Positions 1 to 10,060 of a DNA stretch of 39,242 nt are shown here, piece after piece (position 1 is the first letter of the stretch; every line of letters begins with the position of its first letter). The stretch is from Microcoleaceae cyanobacterium (GTDB taxonomy: Bacteria > Cyanobacteriota > Cyanobacteriia > Cyanobacteriales > Microcoleaceae): the NCBI GenBank assembly GCA_051652765.1, contig JBOFUV010000057.1:1-39242 (forward strand), written 5' to 3'. The notes beneath the pieces are model-generated. The model did not search any database. It was not told the origin of the DNA and was given only the letters and a program-made list of their open reading frames with translations. The position numbers were made by a program, and so were the translations under genes.

Positions 1-270
1 TATCCCGGTTATCGATTGGATCTAGAATGCGATTCCCAAACGATCGGGATTGATATTTGGGAACTCTGTTACCACGTCTGTTTTAAGGATTACGAACAGG
101 CCCATGGTTCAGTAGAAAGCCGAGATGTAGAAATCGACACGCACTTGTTCAATGAAATGGGGGAAGTGGATTGGAGTCGCTTGGAGGAAAAAACCCAGCG
201 GATTATCGATCGCTTGTTTGAAAATTTACCCAGGGAACCTTCCGCTTCGCCTCAGGGGAGTGAACCCTAA
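1..270 (+). CDS. Hypothetical protein, 3' part only (start lies before the window)
   Basis: Frame is open from base 1 (YPGYRLDLEC...) to TAA at 268-270. The DIWELCYHVCF...VDW segment resembles a conserved cyanobacterial hypothetical family, from recall. Confidence 0.7.
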   Translation, partial: YPGYRLDLECDSQTIGIDIWELCYHVCFKDYEQAHGSVESRDVEIDTHLFNEMGEVDWSRLEEKTQRIIDRLFENLPREPSASPQGSEP

Positions 271-360
271 GACCCTATTCCCTATAGCATCTTCTCTTGA
301 CAACCTACTGTGTAACAGATTGTGTAACAGATCTCTAAATCGGCAATCCAGGGGGGCTTG

Positions 361-427
361 ATCCCCCAAAGTCCCTCTGGTTAAAAGGGACTTTGACTCT
401 CCCTTTTTTTGGGGGAGGCGCGGGGAT
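361..427. repeat. Cyanobacterial palindromic intergenic repeat (CCCCC...GGGGG type); may act as terminator for convergent genes
   Basis: caaagtccct (367-376) pairs with agggactttg (386-395). Outer atcccc (361-366) pairs with ggggat (422-427). Confidence 0.55.
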
Positions 428-478
428 GACTACGATTTGCTCCTCACCCAGAGACTTGTAGATATCCCCGAAGAATTG

Positions 479-2650
479 TTACTTGATAAACAACATTTCC
501 TGATACTTGGGCAAGGGCCACAGATCATCTGCAACTTCACCCTCGATCGCGTCCGCATACTCACGAACCTTATCCATCATGGGACGAATGGTTTTCGCAC
601 AATACTGCATATGATCCTCGATGGTGGGGAAGTCGTGGTGATTCAGAGCATCGCTTAACTTACTGACGGTATCCATCATCAGCTTGCTCAGAGCAGCCAC
701 TGTTTCAGCGCTTTCTTGTTCAAACTGAACCCCAATGGCCTTCAAATTGGCAATAGAGCCAGACAGTTCAGATAAGTAGCGGAACGCAGCCGGGTAAATC
801 ACCGTTTTGGCCAGACTGATCACTAGCTTGGCCTCCATGTCAATCACCTGAATATATTGCTCTGAATACACTTCAAAGCGGCTCTCAAGTTCAGCCGGAG
901 AAAGCACCCCGGTTTTTTCAAATAGCTCCTTGATGTATTGCTCTTCCAGAATTGGCAAGGCATCAGCAGTCGTTGGCAAGTTTAATAACCCCCGTTCCAC
1001 GGCCATCTTATGCCATTCTTCAGAGTAACCATTTCCTCCAAAAACAACGGCACCATGTTCCTCCATGACTTCTTTGAGGATCGCGTAGGCAGCAACGTCC
1101 AAGGTTATTCCCTTGGCCAGCTCAGCTTCTAACTGATCGGCAACCCAGGTCAGGGAATCCGCCAGAATGGTATTCATGGCGACAAGGGGGCCAGAGACAG
1201 ACTGATTGGAACCAACAGCCCGAAACTCAAAGCGGTTGCCTGTAAACGCAAACGGTGATGTCCGGTTTCTATCCCCCGGATCTTTAATGAACTCGGGCAA
1301 GGTATCGACCCCTAGCTGCATCACCCCAGCCTTGCCGGAGCTTTGAACGTCACCTTGCTTAATTTGCTCGAATACATCTTCTAGTTGCGATCCGAGGTAA
1401 ACCGAGATAATCGCCGGAGGGGCTTCATTCGCCCCTAGGCGGTGGTCATTGCTGGCTGTAGCAACGACGACCCGTAGCAGTGCACCGTATTTGTGAACTC
1501 CCCGAATGACAGCACCACAGAACAGCAAAAATTGTAGGTTGGTGTGAGGTGTATCGCCCGGATCGAGCAGGTTTCCTTGAACGGCATTGCCTACTGACCA
1601 GTTGACGTGCTTCCCAGAACCGTTGATCCCGGCAAAGGGTTTTTCGTGAAGTAAACAGACAAACCCATGCTTCTTGGCCGTATTCCGGAGAACGGTCATG
1701 GTCATTTGCTGGTGATCACTGGCCACATTGGCCGCTTCAAAGAATGGCGCAATTTCAAACTGACCCGGAGCCACCTCATTATGTCTGGTTTTGGCTGGAA
1801 TCCCGAGCCGATAGAGTCTTTCCTCCACATCCTGCATAAAGACCTGAACCCGCTCTGGGATCACCCCAAAATAATGATCATCAAACTGTTGACCTTTAGC
1901 AGCAGGGCGACCAAACAGGGTTCTACCCGTTAGCAGCAAATCTGGGCGACAATGGGCAAAATGACTATCAATCAAGAAGTATTCCTGCTCTGCACCGCAG
2001 CTAGAGTTCAGTGGCGGCACATCAGAATGTCCCAACAGGGTAAGCAGTCGAGTTGCGGCTTTGCTCATGGCAGCGTTGGAGCGCAATAGGGGCGTTTTCT
2101 TGTCTAGGGCTTCCCCTGTCCAGGAAATGAACACAGTTGGAATGCACAAGGTCACGCCATTGTCTGTCTCCATCACGTAGGCAGGGCTGGTCACGTCCCA
2201 TGCCGTGTAGCCCCGAGCTGCGGAAGTATTACGAATTCCGCCGTTGGGGAAAGAGGAACCATCGGGCTCACCCTGCACCAAGACTTTGCCGGTAAATTCT
2301 GTGAGTACCGAGCCATCACTTTGAACTGAGATGAAACCATCGTGTTTCTCGGCGGTACTGTTGGTCAAGGGATAAAAAACGTGAGCATAGTACAAGGCAC
2401 CTTTGGAAATTGCCCAATCTTTCATCGCTGCAGCAACAACACCGGCCACGGAGACATCTAGCTTATCCCCCGTTTGCAGCGTCTTTTTGAGTGATTTAAA
2501 CACATCTTTGGGCAAACAGGCCTGCATCTTGCTCAAGGTGAACACATCAACTGCCCATAGCTCTTCTAAACGACTCGGAACTTTGGGGGGTAGTTTTTCT
2601 CGATCCAGGATCTGAGAAATTGCCTGAAAGCGTAGTTCATTGCCACTCAT
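479..2650 (-). CDS. glnN: Glutamine synthetase type III
   Basis: Motifs [70 protein letters not shown] and C-terminal [11 protein letters not shown]. Start placed at ATG 2650 (MSGNELR, 723 aa) rather than the ORF-track start at 2740. Confidence 0.96.
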   Translation of the reverse strand: MSGNELRFQAISQILDREKLPPKVPSRLEELWAVDVFTLSKMQACLPKDVFKSLKKTLQTGDKLDVSVAGVVAAAMKDWAISKGALYYAHVFYPLTNSTAEKHDGFISVQSDGSVLTEFTGKVLVQGEPDGSSFPNGGIRNTSAARGYTAWDVTSPAYVMETDNGVTLCIPTVFISWTGEALDKKTPLLRSNAAMSKAATRLLTLLGHSDVPPLNSSCGAEQEYFLIDSHFAHCRPDLLLTGRTLFGRPAAKGQQFDDHYFGVIPERVQVFMQDVEERLYRLGIPAKTRHNEVAPGQFEIAPFFEAANVASDHQQMTMTVLRNTAKKHGFVCLLHEKPFAGINGSGKHVNWSVGNAVQGNLLDPGDTPHTNLQFLLFCGAVIRGVHKYGALLRVVVATASNDHRLGANEAPPAIISVYLGSQLEDVFEQIKQGDVQSSGKAGVMQLGVDTLPEFIKDPGDRNRTSPFAFTGNRFEFRAVGSNQSVSGPLVAMNTILADSLTWVADQLEAELAKGITLDVAAYAILKEVMEEHGAVVFGGNGYSEEWHKMAVERGLLNLPTTADALPILEEQYIKELFEKTGVLSPAELESRFEVYSEQYIQVIDMEAKLVISLAKTVIYPAAFRYLSELSGSIANLKAIGVQFEQESAETVAALSKLMMDTVSKLSDALNHHDFPTIEDHMQYCAKTIRPMMDKVREYADAIEGEVADDLWPLPKYQEMLFIK

Positions 2651-2936
2651 AATTCTTTTCCTTTGAAAATAAAGCTGACACAGAGCTTTGGGTTGTAGTC
2701 TAACAATGGACTGCAAAGCTAGATAGTTTCTACGACCCACACACTTGCACTACAAAGCATCGCCCGGTCAACGCAAATCTGCTTTTGACCCATGGCCGAC
2801 AATTCTGGTGTGGGTCGCTCCAAAATAGCCATACTACTTTGCAATGTCCTGAAAGCTCTGAAAACTAACCGTACAGAAGTAGCGTTCAATCCCTTGACTC
2901 TCAACTTGATTGCTCTAGTGATTGTCTAGACAAACT

Positions 2937-2974
2937 TGTAGGTTGAGTTTCCTAGCGTTAACCCAACCTGTACA
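2937..2974. repeat. REP-like hairpin (GTAGGTTG...CAACC family) inside the glnN leader
   Basis: tgtaggttgagtt-N10-aacccaacctgtaca is an imperfect inverted repeat starting with GTAG. Confidence 0.5.
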
Positions 2975-3021
2975 GCCCACATTAGAATTGACAAACCCCT
3001 AGAGGTTTAGATGCTTGACTC

Positions 3022-3063
3022 ATGGTAAGAACTGAGAACTCAGACATTTGTATCGAAAGCTAC
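3022..3063 (-). promoter_or_regulatory. Canonical NtcA-activated promoter of glnN
   Basis: Minus strand reads GTA-gctttcga-TAC (3063-3050), then exactly 22 nt, then TACCAT (3027-3022). This matches GTA-N8-TAC-N22-TAN3T and faces glnN. Confidence 0.85.
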
Positions 3064-3243
3064 TAGACTTAACAAATGAGTGTTCTCCCCAGACTTGCGG
3101 CCAAGGAGTCTGTTTAGAATCATCTACACTTGGAACTGCTAAAACTGTAGTGATCATCAGTCCAACGACTGCCAAAACAATATCAATTATTTGCTTAGTT
3201 TTACATCAAGTAGGCCGCTCAAACGACTTTATTCAAACTCGGC

Positions 3244-3720
3244 ATGGCCATGGTTAATCTCAAATTGTCTTCAGAACGGGGAATAGATTATGGTCGCTTA
3301 CTCACCCTGCTGACTCAGCATCGGTGGCAAGATGCCAATCGGGAAACCCTAAAACTCCTGATCCTGGCCGCAGGGCAGCCCTCGGATGTCTTACTCGAGG
3401 GCTCAATGATTCCTCGTCTTCCCTGTCCAGATCTCAACACCATCGATCAACTGTGGTTAATCGCTTCGGAAGGGGACTTTGGTTTCTCAGCCCAGCGACA
3501 AATCTGGCAGAGCTTGGGTGGTAAGACGGATTGGGACACCTACTGTGCCTTGGGCGATCGCCTGGGTTGGCGCAAAAATGGAGGTTGGATTACTTACAGT
3601 CAGTTAATCTTTGCTCAGTCCGCACCCTTGGGCCACTTACCCTTTTCCCATGGTTGGTTTTTTGCCGTGATGAATCGATTGCTCGACTGCAATATTGAGG
3701 GCGGCATTGATGACAACTGA
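3244..3720 (+). CDS. GUN4-like domain protein (stand-alone domain)
   Basis: LSSERGIDY, WQDANRET, PCPDLNTIDQLWLIASEGDFGFSAQRQIW, LGWR and APLGHLP are typical GUN4-domain motifs. Confidence 0.88.
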   Translation: MAMVNLKLSSERGIDYGRLLTLLTQHRWQDANRETLKLLILAAGQPSDVLLEGSMIPRLPCPDLNTIDQLWLIASEGDFGFSAQRQIWQSLGGKTDWDTYCALGDRLGWRKNGGWITYSQLIFAQSAPLGHLPFSHGWFFAVMNRLLDCNIEGGIDDN

Positions 3721-3723
3721 GGA

Positions 3724-5112
3724 TTAATAACTCCTGATTTCATCAGGGTTCTGATAGAAACTTGCAACAAATGCAATCATTAACCACCATAAAGTATTAA
3801 CTTGGGGACGATACCAAACAGTATCAACCAGACCATGGGTTAATATGCCCACCAAAGCTGCTGTTGCGGCGATCAACCAAAAGCCTTGAAGATTATTTGA
3901 AGCTCGTAAGCGTCGTAACTGAACGACGGCCTGATGAAAAGTCACACTCAGGAACCACAGAAAAACTGCTAAACCGATAATTCCCGTTTCCACCAAAATT
4001 TCTAAAACCACTGAATAGGCACTCAGAGCACTGAAGCGGGGCCGCATGTAAAGTGGATAAATCTTGTTAAATGCAGTATTACCGGGGCCAATCCCTAAAA
4101 TCGGGCGATCACGAATCATCTCCAACACCGCCGCCCAGACGTTAATCCGAAAGTTATTGCTACTATCACTGCGTCCGGCAAAGATACTGGCCGCCCGATC
4201 CCGCAAGGTCGGCACGATTAACACAGCCAGGGTCATTCCTACCGCTAATCCTCCCATTCCTACAGGCAAAGCCCACTTTTGCCAGTAGGGAGAAAAATAC
4301 TGACTCATCCAGTACAGCAGCAGAACAGCAAACACAAAGCTCAGCCCAATAAAACCTAGCCAGCCCCCACGACTAAAGGTTAAAACTAAGCAGGCAGAAT
4401 TGACGACTACCATCATCACAGCTAGGGCCTTGGGCAACCAGCCTCTCCAAACAAACACCGCTGCCAGACTAAAGGCGATCGCAGGTAAAAGAAACCCGGC
4501 CAGTAGGTTCGGATTGCCCAAGTAGCTGTAGACACGGGTAAGATCTGATTGAGCTGATGTTGGGTCAACCCAAGTTGCTAGGGCATCTGCCCCAAAAAAC
4601 CATTGCCTCAGCCCGTAAACGCTGACAATCAGGACAATATTCAAATAAAAGGTGATAAACCAAGACCGCAATTGGGGCGATCGCAAAATTCGCGCCATGA
4701 AAACAAACAACAGCAGATAGAGGGTCAGCTTGACCCAGCCCGTAAAAGCCGCCTCTTTTACCGGAGAGAAGGCCATTGCAACCGTTGCCACTCCCCAGTA
4801 GATAAGGACAAGCAAATGAATCGGCGTAAAGGCTGTTTCAGAGGGATCGTCACACAGGGTCAGCAACACCCAAAATCCAGCACAAGCAATCAGCAATACC
4901 CCAATCAGCGCTGTTCCGACAAATGGAGCCAACCCGAACAATACACAGATTAGGATCAGTCCTAAGGGTTCAGCCCATTGCATGATCCAACTCCCCTCTC
5001 GCCAACTTCGCAGACATCCACTAAGACGATAAAAGATGCTGCTTGACCGCCATTGGGCAGGAGATAACTGGGTCAAGGTGAGCTGTTGCCAAACTGAACT
5101 TAGGGTAGTCAT
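3724..5112 (-). CDS. ictB: IctB family membrane protein (O-antigen ligase-like; historically called a bicarbonate transporter)
   Basis: Polytopic membrane protein with LATWVDP, RVYSYLGNPNLLAG, LTFSRGGW, DSSNNFRINVW and LSAYS. Confidence 0.93.
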   Translation of the reverse strand: MTTLSSVWQQLTLTQLSPAQWRSSSIFYRLSGCLRSWREGSWIMQWAEPLGLILICVLFGLAPFVGTALIGVLLIACAGFWVLLTLCDDPSETAFTPIHLLVLIYWGVATVAMAFSPVKEAAFTGWVKLTLYLLLFVFMARILRSPQLRSWFITFYLNIVLIVSVYGLRQWFFGADALATWVDPTSAQSDLTRVYSYLGNPNLLAGFLLPAIAFSLAAVFVWRGWLPKALAVMMVVVNSACLVLTFSRGGWLGFIGLSFVFAVLLLYWMSQYFSPYWQKWALPVGMGGLAVGMTLAVLIVPTLRDRAASIFAGRSDSSNNFRINVWAAVLEMIRDRPILGIGPGNTAFNKIYPLYMRPRFSALSAYSVVLEILVETGIIGLAVFLWFLSVTFHQAVVQLRRLRASNNLQGFWLIAATAALVGILTHGLVDTVWYRPQVNTLWWLMIAFVASFYQNPDEIRSY

Positions 5113-5675
5113 GAAAAAAATCAGACCAATAGACCTTCAGCACACTAGATTAACAGATTTAGACCTCACTTTCTGGTTTTATCGTGCTTTTGTCACCCCA
5201 GAAGAACAGAATACAAGCATTTTCACCACGACTTGACTGGAGGTTCACGGTATCGCCAATGATTCTGTGCAGGGGTGCAGGTTTTATTGATGGGCATATC
5301 AGTGATTGAGAACTGATCCACAATCACAAAAGTTTTGTTCCTTCTGACTTGAGCTTCCAAATTCATAGGAATTTAATCTGGGAACCTTAACCTTGAGTTA
5401 ATCGAAGATGATCCATAATTTGTCGCTTTCGTTCTTCAGAATTCATGCAACCGATCGATGATCCTGAAGACAATGTAAACTTTCCTAGGCTCCGAGCAAG
5501 ATGCTCTTTGACTTTTTGACTTTGCTGATTTGAACTAGCCATAATTTTTTTTTAGAGAAAAGAAATTCCGTTTACTTTTCTACTAATCATTCTTACATTA
5601 TTTTCATCTGAATTTAGAGTCTCTCAGGCAAGAAATCAAGTTAATGTTGAATTCAACACACCTCACCCCAATTCA

Positions 5676-5698
5676 AAAAGGGGCGCTATAAACCCCTG
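5676..5698 (-). terminator. Possible intrinsic terminator downstream of CBS-CP12
   Basis: Minus strand agggg-tttatagcg-cccct followed by a T run. Confidence 0.4.
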
Positions 5699-5813
5699 CA
5701 TTAATTCCTCAGTCCCTAGAGAGATGCTGTTCACTGAACCTGTTCGTAAGACATAGGCAAAAAAAATCTTGCTCCGCAGCACACACCAGTAGAACTGAAA
5801 TTGAGTCTTGAAG

Positions 5814-6431
5814 TTAACTGTCATACATGCGGGCTTCAAACGCATCGGGATTTTCTTCGCAGTACTCTTCAAAGGCGGTTTTCTCGAGTCGTTCTGCTTT
5901 TTGGTGGGCCGCTTCTGCTTGAAGCTCTTCCACAATATCCCAGGACGCAGCACATTCTTTGGAGGTTGCTCCCTGTGCAGCGCAAACCTGGCGAGCGTCT
6001 TGAATCGCCTGTTCAATCCGTTCTGCTAGGACTAGGCTCTGGGGTTTCTCAACAAAATCTCCCTTCGCCAAAATGTCACCGATGGAGATCAGCCCTAAGA
6101 GTTTGTCCTGAATCACCGGGGCGACACGAAGCCCTACATGGGCAAATAAACGGGCAACATACTCGACCCCAAGGTCAGGATTGACAACAATGCAGGGTTT
6201 GGTCATGATTTCAAAAACCCGCATTCTCTTGGGATCTTTGCCAAAGGCAGTAACCTTGTAAACAATATCGGACTCTGTCACAATCCCATAGGCATCTTGG
6301 TCATGACGGCGCTCTACAATTAAGGCCCTCACCCCCCGTTCATTGAGCTGTTTAACAGCCTCTGCAACAGTTGCCGATCCCTTAATGGTAGCAACTTCAG
6401 TCGTCATAATATCTTTGGCTTTCAACATCAT
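5814..6431 (-). CDS. CBS-CP12 fusion protein
   Basis: Two CBS domains (KDIMT..., GIVTESDIV, EIMTKP, GLISIGDIL) followed by a CP12 domain (VC...ECAASWDIVEELQAE...YCEENPDA). ATG at 6431 or 6428, with AGGAAG upstream. Confidence 0.92.
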   Translation of the reverse strand: MMLKAKDIMTTEVATIKGSATVAEAVKQLNERGVRALIVERRHDQDAYGIVTESDIVYKVTAFGKDPKRMRVFEIMTKPCIVVNPDLGVEYVARLFAHVGLRVAPVIQDKLLGLISIGDILAKGDFVEKPQSLVLAERIEQAIQDARQVCAAQGATSKECAASWDIVEELQAEAAHQKAERLEKTAFEEYCEENPDAFEARMYDS

Positions 6432-6579
6432 GCTTCCTAACTTCCAACACAATCTCAACCTCTAGCTTGCCTTGTTGTGGGCAGAAAGGAAAGCATTGAT
6501 TAAGGTCTCTCAAATTGTGATCGTAAGGGGGGTAGCTGAGCACACTCGCTCAACTAATCATCTCAATTAGTCAGCTCAA

Positions 6580-7404
6580 CTAATCAGGTCGGATCGCTCC
6601 TCTCAGATCTGCATCTCTTAAGTTGGCTCGATTCAGTCGAGTGTCTAACATTACGGCTTCGACTAAACTAGCGCCGCTGAGATTTGACCAACTGAGTTTG
6701 GTGCGATAAAGTCTGGCACGGTTCAGGTTCGCCCCCCGTAGAGTTGTCCAACTGACATTGGCTCCCCGGAGATTGGCTTCACTCAAGTTTGCATCGCTCA
6801 GATCCGCCCCAATCATCGTTACACGGCTGAGATCCGCCTCATGGAGATTGGCCCCAATGAGTGAAGCCCCACTCAGGGTTGCTCCCATCAGGTTTGTCCC
6901 TTCTAGAATTGCTTCTCTGAGAATCACGTTGGTCAGGTTGCACCCTTCCAAGGATGCACCACTCAAATCTGCTTTGGTCAAGTTGGAGCGAATCAAAGTC
7001 GCATTTGTAAGTTTAGCCCCGACTAAATTAGCTTCAGACAAATTGGCCTCGGTCAAGTTGGCATCGGTCAGATTGGCCTGAGTGAGGATAATGTTGCGAG
7101 AGGTTGAGCCCCGAAGATTTGCGCCTGTCAAATTGGCATTGTGAAACTTGGCGTTGGTTAAGTTTGCCCCAATCAGGTTGGCCTCAGTCAGATCGGTATG
7201 ACTCAGGTCAACGTTCATCAGTTTGGCTTCCCGAAAGTTAACCCCAGTTAGATTCGCTTCAACAAAGCTAGTGTTCTGTAAGTTTGCTCGAACTAGCGTG
7301 GCCTCGCTCAGGTCTACTCCCTTTAGATCTAACCCAACCAAGCTAACAGCCCGAAACATTCTTTCCCCAGCCCCATAGAGTTCCAAGAGTTCCTCAACCT
7401 GCAT
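6580..7404 (-). CDS. Pentapeptide repeat protein
   Basis: N-terminal ELLELYGAGERMF cap, then continuous A(N/D)LxxA(N/D)L repeats; GAGG upstream of the ATG. Confidence 0.95.
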   Translation of the reverse strand: MQVEELLELYGAGERMFRAVSLVGLDLKGVDLSEATLVRANLQNTSFVEANLTGVNFREAKLMNVDLSHTDLTEANLIGANLTNAKFHNANLTGANLRGSTSRNIILTQANLTDANLTEANLSEANLVGAKLTNATLIRSNLTKADLSGASLEGCNLTNVILREAILEGTNLMGATLSGASLIGANLHEADLSRVTMIGADLSDANLSEANLRGANVSWTTLRGANLNRARLYRTKLSWSNLSGASLVEAVMLDTRLNRANLRDADLRGAIRPD

Positions 7405-7736
7405 ATCCTCGCCTCAAATGGTGTTTAATGCGCTGCCGTAAATCCCTAGTTTTCCAAATTAATCAAGCCCAAGACTGAGACAGGCAACAGGCCAAATCCG
7501 ATTTCAGCCCTAATTTCTGTTTTGTATTGTAAACATCAACGTTAAGAGGTGTTTCTTTTGAGACAATGAATAAAGCTTTAAATCCTCACATTATTATCGT
7601 TCACAACTCAATGCAGACTGCTCAACTTAGGAGAAATTTCATGAAGTTGTAATACAGATACATAATTCAGTTTAGGTCAACTCGCAACAACCATAACACG
7701 AGACTCACTATTCAGGACAAAGCAAGGAGATTTGGA

Positions 7737-9419
7737 ATGTCAGACAACTTCAGAAGTAAAATGATCACTCAAGGCGTTCAACGCTCTCCCAACCGAGCGA
7801 TGCTCAGGGCCGTTGGCTTTGAAGATGAAGACTTTACGAAGCCGATTGTCGGCATTGCAAATGGCTACAGTACGATTACCCCCTGTAATATTGGACTCAA
7901 TGACCTGGCGCTGCGGGCAGAATCTGGGCTACGGCAGGGGGGAGCGATGCCTCAAATGTTTGGTACGATTACGGTCAGTGATGGGATTTCCATGGGCACC
8001 GAAGGGATGAAATATTCTCTAGTGTCGCGGGAAGTGATTGCTGATTCGATTGAAACAGCCTGTAGTGCTCAGAGTATGGATGGCTTACTGGCCATAGGCG
8101 GATGCGATAAAAATATGCCGGGAGCGATGATTGCGATCGCCCGGATGAATATTCCAGCCATTTTTGTCTATGGGGGCACGATTAAACCGGGCCACTACGA
8201 CGGTCGTGACCTAACTATTGTCAGTGCCTTTGAAGCCGTTGGGGAATATAGCGCAGGCAAAATTGATGACAACTACCTGTTAGAAGTGGAGCGGCGTGCC
8301 TGTCCCGGTTCGGGCTCCTGTGGAGGAATGTACACCGCCAATACGATGTCCTCAGCCTTTGAAGCCATGGGCATGAGCCTGATGTCTTCTTCCACCATGG
8401 CGGCAGAAGATGCAGAGAAAGCCGACAGTACCGAAAAATCTGCTTATATTTTGATGGCGGCCATCCAGCACCGGCTGCTGCCCCGACATATTTTGACTCG
8501 GGCGGCGTTTGAGAATGCGATTGCCGTGGTAATGGCAGTGGGAGGCTCCACGAACTCAGTCTTACACTTACTAGCCATTGCTAACGCGGCTGGCGTAGAA
8601 CTCACAATTGATGACTTTGAGGTGATTCGCGGTCGAGTCCCAGTGTTGTGTGATTTAAAACCCAGCGGTCAGTTTGTGACCGTTGACTTTCACCGGGCTG
8701 GGGGCGTACCCCAAGTGATGAAGATGCTGCTAGAGCACGGGTTAATTCACGGGGATGCCTTAACCATTACAGGTAAAACGATTGCTGAGCAACTTGCAGA
8801 TGTTCCGGCTGAACCCCCAGCCAACCAAGCGGTGATTCGTCCTTGGGACAATCCCCTGTATGCCCAGGGTCACCTCGCCATCTTAAAAGGCAATCTCGCA
8901 ACCGAAGGCGCTGTGGCAAAAATTGCCGGGGTGAAGCAGCCCCAGATGACTGGCCCTGCCCGAGTGTTTGACTCTGAGGAAGACTGTTTGGATGCAATTC
9001 TCGCGGGCAAGATTCAGGCGGGGGATGTGATTGTCATTCGGTATGAAGGGCCGAAAGGGGGGCCGGGAATGCGGGAAATGTTGGCTCCAACCTCAGCAAT
9101 TATTGGGGCGGGTTTGGGAGATGCCGTGGGATTAATTACGGATGGACGGTTCTCGGGGGGCACCTACGGGATGGTTGTGGGTCATGTCGCTCCAGAAGCT
9201 GCCGTCGGGGGAACGATTGCCCTAGTTCAAGAAGGCGATCAGATTACAATTGATGCCCATCAACGGGTATTACAACTCAACGTTTCTGAAGCAGACCTGG
9301 AACTGCGTCGTCAGGCTTGGCAACCTCCAACTCCCCGCTATACCAAGGGCGTTTTGGCTAAATACGCCAAGCTAGTCTCTTCTAGCAGTATTGGTGCTGT
9401 GACTGACTTAGGGCTGTAA
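7737..9419 (+). CDS. ilvD: Dihydroxy-acid dehydratase
   Basis: [48 protein letters not shown] and [18 protein letters not shown]. Confidence 0.97.
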   Translation: MSDNFRSKMITQGVQRSPNRAMLRAVGFEDEDFTKPIVGIANGYSTITPCNIGLNDLALRAESGLRQGGAMPQMFGTITVSDGISMGTEGMKYSLVSREVIADSIETACSAQSMDGLLAIGGCDKNMPGAMIAIARMNIPAIFVYGGTIKPGHYDGRDLTIVSAFEAVGEYSAGKIDDNYLLEVERRACPGSGSCGGMYTANTMSSAFEAMGMSLMSSSTMAAEDAEKADSTEKSAYILMAAIQHRLLPRHILTRAAFENAIAVVMAVGGSTNSVLHLLAIANAAGVELTIDDFEVIRGRVPVLCDLKPSGQFVTVDFHRAGGVPQVMKMLLEHGLIHGDALTITGKTIAEQLADVPAEPPANQAVIRPWDNPLYAQGHLAILKGNLATEGAVAKIAGVKQPQMTGPARVFDSEEDCLDAILAGKIQAGDVIVIRYEGPKGGPGMREMLAPTSAIIGAGLGDAVGLITDGRFSGGTYGMVVGHVAPEAAVGGTIALVQEGDQITIDAHQRVLQLNVSEADLELRRQAWQPPTPRYTKGVLAKYAKLVSSSSIGAVTDLGL

Positions 9420-9457
9420 GTACAGTCATGGGACTTGTCCCGATAGGATCTTTAACA

Positions 9458-9482
9458 AAAAGGCTATGTCGCAATAGCCTTT
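9458..9482. terminator. Likely bidirectional terminator between ilvD and the rhodanese gene
   Basis: aaaggctat-gtcgca-atagccttt hairpin with A and T flanks. Confidence 0.6.
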
Positions 9483-9514
9483 CTGTACAGAAGCTGTACA
9501 GAAGCTGTACAGAA
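9483..9514. repeat. 11-bp tandem repeat x3 (CTGTACAGAAG)
   Basis: Read directly from the sequence. Confidence 0.85.
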
Positions 9515-9596
9515 ACACGAGGACTTAATCTGCAACAACTGCGCGGGTGTCAACAAAGGTCTTCCCTAACCCCAGAAATCTGAAGTGTTAAAATTG

Positions 9597-10010
9597 CTAA
9601 TATCGTGGCACATTCCGATCGACTTGAATCGAGTAAGCATCGATCCCACCAGAGATATTCTTAACATTCTGAAACCCTTGCTGGATCAACCACTGACACA
9701 TCTGAGCTGAACGCATTCCATGATGACACAACACCCAAGTTTCTTTCTCTGCTTCTAGGTCGGTGTGAATTTGGGTAGACCATTGAGCATATTGACTCAA
9801 GGGGAGATTGAGAAAGCCCTCAAGCTGAGCGATCGCCAGTTCCTCTGGCTCCCGCACATCGATCAGCTGTAACTTCGGTTGGGTATCCGATTGGGCATCT
9901 GATTGTGAAAGTTCTTCAGAGTATTCAGCTAGATAACGACCTACCGCTTCAACGCGAACCTCAGCAATAGGTTGATTAGAAATGGGCTGATTAGAATAAT
10001 AAGATGACAT
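9597..10010 (-). CDS. Rhodanese-like domain protein
   Basis: LIDVREPEE, CHHGMRS active-site loop, GGIDAYS and C-terminal VPRY. Confidence 0.93.
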   Translation of the reverse strand: MSSYYSNQPISNQPIAEVRVEAVGRYLAEYSEELSQSDAQSDTQPKLQLIDVREPEELAIAQLEGFLNLPLSQYAQWSTQIHTDLEAEKETWVLCHHGMRSAQMCQWLIQQGFQNVKNISGGIDAYSIQVDRNVPRY

Positions 10011-10060
10011 TGGCGGTTTTTCTCTTGATTTAACTCATCTTTCTAACACATCTATCCCCT

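Noticed and set aside
2719..2904. 61-aa ORF in the glnN leader, and the glnN extension to 2740
   Set aside because: Non-ATG starts, no RBS, and overlap with RNA stems; GlnN similarity begins at MSGN.
7649..7661. GTAATACAGATAC upstream of ilvD as an NtcA box
   Set aside because: Spacer is 7 nt, not 8.
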